Below, piece by piece: positions 53,055 through 64,000 of a DNA stretch of 64,000 nucleotides; the stretch's first letter is position 1; every line of letters begins with the position of its first letter. Origin of the DNA: Octopus sinensis (Eukaryota). The position numbers were made by a program, and so were the translations under genes. The DNA lies in the NCBI RefSeq assembly GCF_006345805.1, contig NC_043000.1:61690001-61754000 (forward strand), given 5' to 3'. The notes beneath the pieces are model-generated. The model did not search any database and was not told the origin of the DNA. It saw only the letters and a list, made by a program, of their open reading frames with translations.

Positions 53055-53875
53055 TATATACGTATACGCACACGCACGCGAACACACATGCACACCCACC
53101 CACACCCACACACATATATGTATATATATATATACCCACACACTTTTAAGGTATACGTATGTTTCTGTGTGTCTTGTGTGTTTAGAAACACATGTACGTG
53201 CCCTGCCCTCGTTATCCAAAATTTGGTATGACATGTAAGCTGTTTGGGTAGGTTATAACAAGAGCACTTAATGTTTGTAAGGCATTAATCAGTGTAACTT
53301 TCATTGTAAACATTGTAACAGGAGCTCTGTTTTCCTGTTCTTGTACTTTTATTTATATTTTATGCTGTCTTATACGCAAAGCATTTTAGTAGTGAAAGTA
53401 TTCTGCAAAAATATGCTGGGTCATGGACGCTGCCGTTTCTCATCTTTCTCTCTGACAAACATACAGATGACACACACTTTTTGGAATGCATGACAAATTT
53501 TGCTAAAGATGTTGTGCTTTGGTGTTTGGTATGTAGCTATGTGGTTACCACATTCTGTCAAACTACCTATAGTATTTGAAGTGTGTCTAAACTAATGCTA
53601 CAGTCAAAAGTTTGCCTCTATGCAGCAGTTTAGCTATTGGAAGGGACTGAGGAAACCGAATTCTCTATGCCCTAGAGCAAAGCGGAGAATATATATATGA
53701 GATCATATCAAAAAATATAAGATCCTGGTATTGCTTGCTGTATCAGTCGTACTGCATGGTACCAAAGTTGAGTATTCATTATCTACATGCACGCACAAAT
53801 AATACGACTTCTGAGGTTCCGAAATGTCTACAGGTTTTATTCCGTGCTAATACAGATCCCCATGGAGGTAGATAA
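50414..53875 (+). CDS. Hand-built gene model D, partial ~147-aa hypothetical protein
   Basis: In-phase open exons 50414-50497, 52553-52637, 53382-53528, 53747-(TAA 53873-53875): LLFSRRFIYSEKSFQTAVVLIYKSLFQSASEDEIKRSLNHVVKLSSNSIDCSKRKFHFSSESILQKYAGSWTLPFLIFLSDKHTDDTHFLECMTNFAKDVVLWCLSYCMVPKLSIHYLHARTNNTTSEVPKCLQVLFRANTDPHGGR*. Donors GTATCA, GTGAGT, GTATGT. The start codon was not located. Confidence 0.42.
50840..51290 (-). mobile_element. RLE-type (R4/Dong-like) LINE 3' end
   Basis: IDTVCPFDSRRVKKEGEK...VKIVPLIVG...CLLGTARIIRIVLDS* (stop 50955-50957), short 3' UTR and (TAG)n/(TAA)n tail. Confidence 0.85.
51570..52012 (-). mobile_element. Cluster of SINE family B head fragments and an RTE-type tail
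   Basis: CCATCTACCAAATCCACTCACAAGGCTTTGGTCGG; GGGACTGAACCCG...AACCACACAGCCATGCC; GATGCTCTTCCTGATACCAACC. Confidence 0.7.
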
Positions 53876-54256
53876 AAAATCAGCATGAAATATGGGCTTA
53901 AGAAAATCCTGAACATTCTGCTATCTCGGAAAGTGCCTATTTCGCAACAATAGTCACAGATTTGGGCAGCAAGTTTACAAATATATTTTGACATATTTAC
54001 TCGTACACGTTATCTTTGGACGCCAATATCCTACACTCTTTCAAAGTTATTGGATGCGATGAGAAAGAGTATCTTAGACGACCTATTAAGTTGAAGAGTT
54101 GAACTCTACGTTTTGTACTATCCATTTCGAATAAATTTATCAATGGGTACAAAAGTATCATGAATATATAGCTCAATTTCTAATGTTAATTGTGCATTGA
54201 CATTCAACATTCTTGTAATGATTTACGTCCTTATCTCGGCGAGTTAAATTCATTCG

Positions 54257-54304
<48 letters not shown>

Positions 54305-55013
54305 ATATACATATATATACGCTTCCGCTTCGTTCACCGGCATAGTTATACATCGCAAAATACAGCTTAAAATATAGATTTAGGGGTACACTACCATCTC
54401 AACGCGAGCTAAATGAGAAAGTAATAATAGAAACATCTACCTATATGCATTTATATAGAGTGTATTCGAATGAATCTCTATTATACCACGTAAACAAATA
54501 TATATACATATTTCAAATTCACCACACCAGTTTATCTACTTCACATAGGCACTAATGATAATATCGTTTTATTATACTTCTGAAAATTGGTCGTAAATCA
54601 TTGCTGCTGAATAAGTTACACAAATGAAAATAAGACGAATGAAAATGTGCATTGTCAGTTTCAGGGTGTCATAATATTACATGTGTATGTGCTGATACTT
54701 CGCACATATACACACACTCGCATATACATTCACTTGCAAATATATAAAGGTGCAAAAGCAGTTAAGTATTCTATAGTGGAGATATTAGCTATTTGTATTA
54801 TTTTTTATTTAGTTATGTCTGCTATAACGAAATACTAAAAGATATGCATAGACATTCATATACATAATACCTTTAACAAGTAACAAGATTCCATGTGTAT
54901 TTTCACACTCCTCTACTAACCAACATAGGATATATTTCACTTAAATGTTAAAACAATGAGTATCTAATATTTTCTGGCAACTGAGCGGTTTCTATAAAGT
55001 AATGATGGATTAT

Positions 55014-55491
55014 CTAAACTGTAAAAGAATCACCAACAATTGGCAATTGAAAAGCAGTTTCGAAATCGGATTCATATACAGACTCTTGCTTACTTGCAAC
55101 TGAAGCCTGTAAAAGAAATCCACAGATCCGTTTGAATTAGACACACTTAGAGGAACTAGTTCTAAGTCTATCTTTCTTTCTCTCTCTCTCTCTCCCCCCT
55201 CTCTCTCTCTCCCCCCTCTCTATCTCTCTCTCCCTCACTCCAAATCACATCTAAATCTAAATAAATAAGATCGCGAAATCAAGCGGCCAAGCCGGGGGAG
55301 AAGTACAAAAAGATTCACACACACACACATATATATACGACAGAATTTTGCCGTTTTCGGCAACCAAATATACTCACAAAGCTTTGTTGTCCGGGGGTTA
55401 TAGTAGGTGACACTTTCTCAAGGCTGCGCTGAGAATGAAACTGAAACCATGTGGTTGGGTAGCAAACTTCTTATCGCACACACATATACGC

Positions 55492-55524
<33 letters not shown>

Positions 55525-55884
55525 AGTGTGTGCGTATGTGTGTGTGTGTGTGTGAGTGTGTGCGTATGTGTGTGTGTGTGTGTGTGTGAAGGGATAGCTG
55601 TAAGCTAATGAAATTCACAACATAACCGGCGTTTTCCCTTTGTTATATCATTGTAATTGGAAGAAATACTCATTGAGTATAAAACATCCCTAATATTCAT
55701 ATGTGTGGACACCTGACGCTCTGTATCATCAGTCCATATTTACGAAGTTTAAGGTGCTAAGTGTTGCGTGTCACAGCTAGCCAAACTAAACTGACAGACT
55801 TAAACTCCTACCTGATAATTGCATTTAACACGCTAATAGGGAGAGTTGTAGAATTTTGCATAGTATTGTTAATGCAAAATTACA

Positions 55885-55915
<31 letters not shown>

Positions 55916-57817
55916 AAGGCGCATGCCTCAGTGGTTAGAGCGTTGAGCTTACGATCGTGAGGTTGTGAGTTCGAATCCTGGACCGGGCTGTGTGTTGTGT
56001 TCTTGAGCAAGAAACGTTGCTCAATTTCACTCAGCTGTAGAAATGAGTTGCGACGCCACAGGTGCCAAGCTGTATTAACCTTTGCCTTTCCCTTGGATAA
56101 TTCTGGTGGCGTGGAGAGGGGAGGCCGGTATGCATGGGCAACTGCTGGTCTTCCATAAACAACGTTGCCCGGACTTGTGCCTGGGAGAATAATTTTCTAG
56201 GTGCAATCCCATGGTCAGTCATGACCGAAGGGTGTCTCAGTCAGTATATGTATATATATAGAAACATACACATACACACTCACATACACAGACATACACA
56301 CACATATATGCATATGGGGAGAGACGAGAAACAGAAGAAACATTTATCATTACTTTGCCGAATAAAAATATATTAAAATGTGCTCTCATAGCATAAATAA
56401 ACTTTGGTCAAATGAACAGTCTTGCGTTGGAGATAGTTTACTGTTTAAACAAAATATGAAAAAAAAAAAATTATCTAATTTTTTTCAGTTTTCATAAGTG
56501 AAGTAAGCAGACAACTGGAACAGGACGATTAATCAAATAGAATATGAAACTCTAATATAAAATGATAAAATTAGTATACCAATTGAAATGACAAATATAG
56601 CAATCACTGTAGTGACGTTTATATCGTGGTGGTTTTTACATTTGTTGTCATTCTTGTCTGTGCGGATGATTTGTGTTGAAACTGAATGTACTTCGAAGAT
56701 GAATTGTAGCATTCACACAATTAATTGTCTCGACCTTGCCTGTCCAGGATCAACAAGAACTTCCCAAGCATGACGACATTGATCGTATGGTATCGAACTT
56801 GCTAGATCATGTTCAACTATTACATTCTCTCAATATACGTAGAAACGTCTATATTTATCAGTTTATATATATTACACTATGGCAGCCATATGCAGAGACA
56901 AGTCTGGTTATTTTTATTAATGACTGTTATATGCAGAATATAAAACAGGAAAACACGAATTAAAGAGGAACGTATCACGCAGTCCCTCTATGGGCTTTAC
57001 AATAGGCAAATTTATATAAACCAAAATGACACGTTGGGAAATATTGGTTCAGTGTATTTGATCTTAAATCTGTAATATTGACGAGAGTTAAACGCCAATT
57101 TTAAGAACTTGTAATAAACAATGATATATTTTCTGTCAGAGTTTCAAATGAATATTTTTATAAACGATCTAAATTTTACAAGTAACATACAAGGTATTTT
57201 AATTTAGTAAATATTCCACAGAATTTGCCTCGAACATTATGTTGTAGCTCCTTGTAATTAAATTTTCGTGAAACAAATGATAAGATTCATCCAAGCCATT
57301 ATACATAACACTGGCTGCTTATTTAAGCCTTCAACGGAAGCAATATTCGTGAAGAAAAGACTAAGCATTCTTATTAAAATTATATATGGCGTGCATTAAC
57401 AAAAGTTATGTCTTCAGTTACTATGAGGAATTGTCATTATCTCGCTTAAGAAAAAGAAATGTGATTTGTGGAGTAACTGGAAGAAGTGACCAAAGATGAT
57501 TTTATGTTGGAAAATTGGTAGAAAGTTGGCATATTCAGAAAAATAAAGAATCCTTACGTTTCAATCAAAGCTTGAAGCAGCAAGACCAGAGGGTAGTATG
57601 AAAACGTATAGAAAAATGAAGTACTTTCAAAGTATAATTATATGTTACACGAAATCTTTCCATTTTAAGTCGCCTGCGAACAATTTAGATACACCCGTGT
57701 ATTCTCATTAGATATGAGCAAGTTGTGTTTAAAGTTTATAAATTATCCCTTTCTAATAATTGTGCGATATACATATGTATGTATGTTGAAACCCGCATAG
57801 ACACACACATCTAACTT

Positions 57818-57849
<32 letters not shown>

Positions 57850-57980
57850 ACTATCTATCTATCTAACTATCTATCTATCTATCTATCTATCTATCTCTAT
57901 ATCTATCTCTGTATGCAGGCATATGTATATATATATATATATCCATCTATCTATCTCTATATCTATCTCTGTCTGCAGGC

Positions 57981-58055
<75 letters not shown>

Positions 58056-58366
58056 TATTAGAGACAAAACCACTATTTTGCAAAACAAACAAGGAAAGAC
58101 TTAATCAATACATAAAATTTTAATAAATTAAAATTTTATGTATTGATTAAGTCTTTCCTTGTTTGTTTTGCAAAATAGTGGTTTTGTCTCTAATAATATT
58201 TTATAATATTTTACTATAAAATTGGATTTAATCCTAAATCTGATTTTTTCCCTGTAAATTTGGATTTATTCCCTAATATTTATTATATATATATATATAT
58301 AATATATATATATATTATATATCCATCTATCTATCTCTATATCTATCTCTGTCTGCAGGCATATGT

Positions 58367-58431
<65 letters not shown>

Positions 58432-58643
58432 AAGAGAATGGAGATAGGATTAATAAAACATTATTAATACATTGACAAGACCAAACCTACAAGTGGTTCA
58501 ATTTACTACTTGCAGTATAAAATCAAGCAAATTTAATTTAATTTAGCTAAATCAATTTCGTTACTAACTAGAAGGGAGAATATTTTCAATGAAGGTCGTA
58601 CAAAGAAATTTATCATATTTAAAACATAATGAAAACATTAAAC

Positions 58644-58674
<31 letters not shown>

Positions 58675-58864
58675 GTGGTGTGTGTGTGTGTGTATGAGGA
58701 CGTTTCTTATGTCTCGTTGCCGGATGATGGAACAGTCTAAGAGGAGACAGTGTTTCGACCTGGGGTGGTTCCAGGTGGTCTTGAAATTGGGTGTTGGTGG
58801 TGAAGACAGTGTTCCGTTCACAGCTCAAGGAACAAGAGTTGTTGAAACTCGCATTGACACACAC

Positions 58865-58963
<99 letters not shown>

Positions 58964-60525
58964 AACAGTTTCCGACTCCTTCTTCGTTAATAACATTCTT
59001 CTATGTCTGTTCTCCTTCCCCGATTTTGTATTGACATCTCCGAGGAAGAGGAGCTTGTCATTTGGTGTTACATCGAGGATCAGGTCACTCAGCTGTTGGT
59101 AGAAGGTGTTTTCACATTGTCATTACCATCAAGTGTAGGTGCGTAAGCAGAAATCAGTGTCATAAAGGTGGTAGCAGAGATTGGTATTCAGAGAGTCATA
59201 AGCTGTTCATTGATGGCCGAAGGTTTCAGATGATGTTCCTTCAGAAGCTTGGATTTTACAGAAAAAGCGACCCCGTAAGAATTCTTTCTCCTTTCTCTTT
59301 CCAGAAGAAGGTATAGCTCGAAACTATCTCTTGAGTCTCTCCTTCCCCAGATTGAGGTGTTTCACTGAGGCAGCGACGTCGATGTTAAATTTTCGCTAGT
59401 TCTTTGGAGATAAGGGCTGTTCTACGTTCTCTCCTGTTTGTGTCTTGAGGATCGTGGAATGTTCGTACGCTCCATGTTCCAACGGTTAATCTAATTGATT
59501 TTATTTAATTTCTGTTGTTGCTTGACCGCTTGAATGGGTGCCACGCTGAATGCGGCTTAACAGTCAGGATTCTGTGGACACATCCAGTATTTAGCCCACC
59601 TTTTCTAGAACCTTTCCCACTGAGGGTGAGCAGCGGTTTCGCATATAGTCCTGCCTAGTCGCAGATGTAAGACCGAGTCCCTGAGTTGTCACCAGGTCCC
59701 AGGAAGGTGACCATCTTGCATCATCTGCCAACGTTTAGGTCCGGACTAGGAGCTTCTACTTTCACCAAAACCTGATCCCACCATCCTTACCCGATCATCG
59801 TCGAGCTTTTGTAAAAAAAATGGGGACCGGGGAGTGTTGGATCAAACAGAAACGAGCCAGTAGCGTGAGTTTGTTTAGGGTCGAGATCTCCTTGTCAAAT
59901 GAGTCCCCAGGCACTATGATTCAAAGTGACATATCATAATACAGAACACTACTAACCATTCAATTAATACCACTAACCCCCATACATCCCATACACGATT
60001 CACATTACAGTGAGGAGTCCAACGTGGCTCATGTATTAGCATGCATATATATAAATTGAGGGAATGAGATAAAAATACCAAGGCAGTAAATAGATTTTAT
60101 AGCATTTATCAAGAGAAGGTATTAGAGCTGTTTCCGAAATATTTTATACATCCCTTCATCAGAGACGGTGCGAGAAAATGTTTGAGTATTAATTATTGTA
60201 GAGAAGATATGAAATATAAAGGGAGGTAAGAAAATGAATATAGAGGTGAGATACAGAGTATTTGCAGTTCCATTATTCAAGTAGAATGGTGTATATAAGT
60301 GGTGAAAACTTTTTTGGTGTAGACATTTTCTCACTGGTGGCTTAAATTTCAATAGGCGTAGGAATGGCTATGTGGTAAGTAGCTTGCTTACGAACCACAT
60401 GGTCCTGGTTTCAGTCCCACTGCGTGGCACTTTGGGCAAGTATCTTCTACTATAGCCTAAGGCCGGCCAAAGCCTTGTGAGTGGATTTGGTAGACGGAAA
60501 CTGAAAGAAGCCCGTCATCTATATG

Positions 60526-60558
<33 letters not shown>

Positions 60559-60984
60559 ATGTGTGTGTATATGTTTGTGTTTCTGTGTTTGCCCCACCCA
60601 ACATTGCTTGACAACCGATGGTGGCGTATTTGCGTCCCGGTAACTTAGCGGTTCGGCAAAAGAGACCGATAGAATAAGTACTAGGCTTACAAAGAATAAG
60701 TCTTGGGGTCGATTTGCTCGACTAAAAGGCGGGGCTCCAGCATGGCCACAGTCAAATGACTGAAACAAGTAAAAGAGTAAATGAGTAAAGAGTACCTGAT
60801 ATGTGAAGTCCAATTTCTTCAGCCCCAAAAGTTTTCACCACTTATATACACCATTCTTCTTGAATAACGAAATTGCAAATACAATATCCTTATATATCTC
60901 ACTTTTATATTCCTTCTCTTTCTTCCCTCTGTATTTTATGTCTTCTCAACAATAATTAATATTCAAACATTTTCTCGCACCGTC

Positions 60985-61025
<41 letters not shown>

Positions 61026-61501
61026 GACATTCTGTAGAGATGCAGTTTATCTACTCGTAATCATGACAAATCTTGGTCAAAGTGAAGGGTTAGGTAGTAA
61101 TTATCCAATGTCCCCCACAGTGGAATAAATCTTGTAAACGTGATTGAAGTACAGAATTCTTAATAAACACCTCGCCTCTACGCCAGGTTTAAGCTAAAGA
61201 TTTTGTACGACTGAAATATCTATTATAGAAAACCTAATATTTTAATTTAAATATAAATGGTGTATATGCGCAGGAAAGAGTAAATATAACAGGAAGACAG
61301 AAATAAATACGTTTAACTGAGTACTCGATGAGAAATTGAGGAGACTTATCTTTGCCAAAAAGTTTGGAATGTCCTTCTTGTCATGATGTATAGAAGCATG
61401 TAAGATGATATCAGAGTAAGTGGGTAGATATAATTCAGCAATGGATATAGGTATGCGTGTAAGCATCATATACATTGCTCTGACGAGATATGCAGTTACG
61501 T
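55014..61501 (-). CDS. Hand-built partial gene model E (two exons)
   Basis: Exon 61501-61311 ([64 protein letters not shown]) is open and joins in phase 0 to 55106-55014 ([30 protein letters not shown]). Acceptors ACTTACTTGCAG and GATTTCTTTTACAG. Confidence 0.3.
55320..55480 (-). mobile_element. SINE family B head fragment
   Basis: CAACCAAATATACTCACAAAGCTTTGTTG...GAAACCATGTGGTTGGGTAGCAAACTTCTT. Confidence 0.7.
55918..56238 (+). mobile_element. tRNA-headed SINE family C
   Basis: Box A/box B head (GAGTTCGAATCCT); closely similar to 28941-29271. Confidence 0.92.
58046..58205. repeat. Perfect palindrome: 79-bp arms, 2-nt loop
   Basis: 58046-58124 is the exact reverse complement of 58127-58205; lies inside (TA)n. 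Confidence 0.97.
58695..59900 (-). mobile_element. RTE (BovB-like) LINE 5' end: 5' UTR plus APE endonuclease, interrupted by (GATA)n
   Basis: [56 protein letters not shown], then beyond the 58864-58962 microsatellite TNTQFQ and [11 protein letters not shown]...[10 protein letters not shown]. Confidence 0.92.
60118..60988. mobile_element. Inverted pair of Penelope-like pseudo-LTR fragments flanking a SINE
   Basis: 60161-60317 and 60825-60988 are roughly 80% identical inverted copies; the left copy continues into a hammerhead-like motif on the minus strand. Confidence 0.65.
60355..60792 (+). mobile_element. tRNA-headed SINE family B, full length with internal microsatellite
   Basis: GGCGTAGGAATGGCTATGTGG head, GGTTTCAGTCCC box B-like, TTGGGCAAGTATCTTCTAC centre, GAGTAAA-repeat tail. 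Confidence 0.92.
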
Positions 61502-62068
61502 CTGCAAGTAAGTATCTATATTCCAAACATTTAGAAAGGTATCAAGGCAAAAAACAAAAACAGACGCTCATGTGTTAGAAAGCATAATGTGGAGGAGGTA
61601 AATCAGAGCTTCGAAAGTTAAACTGGTATAAATGTCTGTCATTAAAATCTTTCATTGAACATCTATCAGATAAGTGATATTGTACAGCATTAGAAATACG
61701 CACTAGAATTGATATTGAATCGTTTTACAAGAACATACGATTCCTTTGGCAAAATAAAAACAGCTAATTGCCATAGAAAGAAACATCGACAAAAATGCAC
61801 TAAGAAATAGATTTGAATTTAGTGAATGACATATGTAAAGATAGATACATATGTATGTGAAACAAGTGTAGATATTCGAAATATCGCCCACTGAATTTAG
61901 ATGACTACATATTCACAAAAACGTATCATATATCGACGCCAGATTAATTACTTTTTGTTAACCTTCTCACTTCTCTCTCTGTATTTCTGATTCTCTGCCT
62001 CTGTTTCTCTTTTCTCTTTTATTTATTCCGAGTAACACAATTTCTCAAGCGAATATAAAAACTAAAAA

Positions 62069-62683
62069 GGTGGCTAGCTGGCAGAAACGTTAGCACGCCG
62101 GGCGAAATGCCTAGCGGTATTTCGTCTGCTGTTACGTTCTGAGTTCAAATTCCGCCGAGGTCGACTTTGCCTTTCATCCTTTCGGGGTCGATTAAATAAG
62201 TACCAGTTACGCACTGGGGTCGATGTAATCGACTTAATCCGTTTGTCTGTCCTTGCTTGTCCTCTCTGTGTTTAGCCCCTTGTGGGTAGTAAAGAAATAG
62301 GTATTTCGTCGGCCGTTACGTTCTGAGTTCAAATTCCGCCAAAGTTGACTTTGCCTTTCATCCTTTCGGGATCGATTAAATAAGTACCAGTTACGCACTG
62401 GGGTCGATGTAATCAACTTAATCCGTGTGTCTGTCCTTGTTTGTCCCCTCTATGTTTAGCCCCTTGTGGGCAATAAAGAAATATGAAACGTTAGCACGCC
62501 GAGCAAAATGGTTAGCAGTATTTCGTCTGTCCTTACCTTCTGAGTTCAAATCCCGGCGACGTCGCCTTTGCCTTTCATCCTTGCAGGATCGATAAATTAA
62601 GTACCAGTTGCGTACTGGAGTCAATCAAATCGACTGGCCCCCGCTCTCCGAAAATTTCGGGCCTTGTGCCTACTGTAGAAAAG
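62069..62683 (+). mobile_element. SINE family A, tandem trimer
   Basis: Copies at ~62069-62300, ~62301-62482 (head-truncated) and ~62484-62683 (different tail). Confidence 0.93.
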
Positions 62684-63184
62684 AGTATAAAAACTGGCAT
62701 TCCTTTAGCAAATATTATTTCCCTATCATGCTTGTCTTAATACCAAACGTTGTTTATTTCTGTTTCCAAAAGTACAACATGATTTTGGCCAAAGCTGTTA
62801 CTGCATTAATAATAACTTTTTTGGCTATTTTTATATGCCATTATGCGCCATTTAAACAAAAATTTCATTATCGCTCAGTTTATGTCTATTATCTTAACCA
62901 AACATAATGCGTCGGTTATGTTTACATTATATTCGCCAACAGCCACGCGATGTATATAACATTTCGAAACAGTGGGGATCCTTCATACAAGCAGAACTGT
63001 AGAGAGGTTCTCACTGAAAATTTAAAATATGTTCGTGTTTCAAAAATTGCGCTTTCGTTCAAGAAGTTGAGAAATGCTGAGTAATTATTTCTGAACGCAC
63101 TAACACGTGAACACACAACCACACACACACACACAGACACACGTATTTATGTATGCATATATGTAGGTAGTTAAGATATCATGT

Positions 63185-63197
63185 AAGTATATATATA

Positions 63198-63229
<32 letters not shown>

Positions 63230-63266
63230 GCATATATATATATATATTATATATACACATATATGT

Positions 63267-63336
<70 letters not shown>

Positions 63337-63400
63337 GCGTGTGTGTATATATATGCATGTATATCTCTGTGCGTGTATATATATATATATATATATATAT
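63185..63400. repeat. (TA)n-rich compound microsatellite
   Basis: Directly visible. Confidence 0.97.
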
Positions 63401-63717
63401 ATTGTGTTTATGTCAGTGCGTTTGGATAATATGAATAAGATGGATAAGATGCCAAAAGATGTTCAAAATTCCAAGTATGAGCGAAAGAAGTGTTAGACTC
63501 TCACGAAACTGAGGACCTAAGCGACTGAACCAATTGACTGCCATTAAATTTTTCACCTAATCGCAATTTCTAAACTTAGCTGATATTCAAGAGTGGGAGC
63601 AGGCACAGTCAGGTTAACTTGGCACCTGCACATATCAGAAATATTCCCCGAAAGATCGCGCTTGGCGCAAACTCTTTGAAGTGACAGTGAATCATACATC
63701 TTTACATATATATATAT

Positions 63718-63764
<47 letters not shown>

Positions 63765-64000
63765 TTTAAACATGCATATCTATATGCAGACAGATACATG
63801 CTCAAATACATGTATTAAGATAAAGTGGTCTATGTTAAAGCGACACACACATTTGAAGTAGCGTATGCACGTATGCATGTGCGTGTATGAGTGTATATGT
63901 GAATGGATAGTGTGTGCATAAGTTCGAATACAGCCGAGTGAGATATTTACCCTTTGCCCTTCCAAAGAATTTCCACAAGTTAGTCCTGAATGTCCATGCA

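Noticed and set aside
56588-56773. 61-aa ORF with hydrophobic N-terminus and several Cys, like a secreted peptide
   Set aside because: No promoter or splice support, no recognisable cysteine framework, and it overlaps an alternative pseudo-exon frame.

Overview
AT-rich, microsatellite-dense eukaryotic DNA. The SINE families and compound (TA)n/(TATC)n/(CATA)n/(CA)n tracts look like an Octopus (coleoid cephalopod) genome; this is recognised from memory, not from a database search. No intact, nameable protein-coding gene was found, and most ORFs in the supplied track are microsatellite translations. Well supported decayed mobile elements: a Helitron 3' end with a Pif1 helicase remnant, a full-length rosa/DD41D-type mariner, a Tc1 DD34E copy lacking its left TIR, two Penelope GIY-YIG fragments, three RLE-type (R4/Dong-like) LINE fragments, the 5' end of an RTE LINE, and many tRNA-headed SINEs. 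Weaker signals are promoter motifs (RFX X-boxes, YY1, GC box) and hand-built exon chains of unknown genes. The most unusual structures are (i) near-perfect fold-back cassettes and an identical duplicated unit sitting inside (TA)n tracts, two of which share a terminal motif, and (ii) at least six minimal hammerhead-ribozyme-like motifs with different core variants, some tied to inverted Penelope-type LTR structures. Coordinates were read by eye, and edges of decayed elements are approximate. Some TA-associated duplications could be assembly artefacts.
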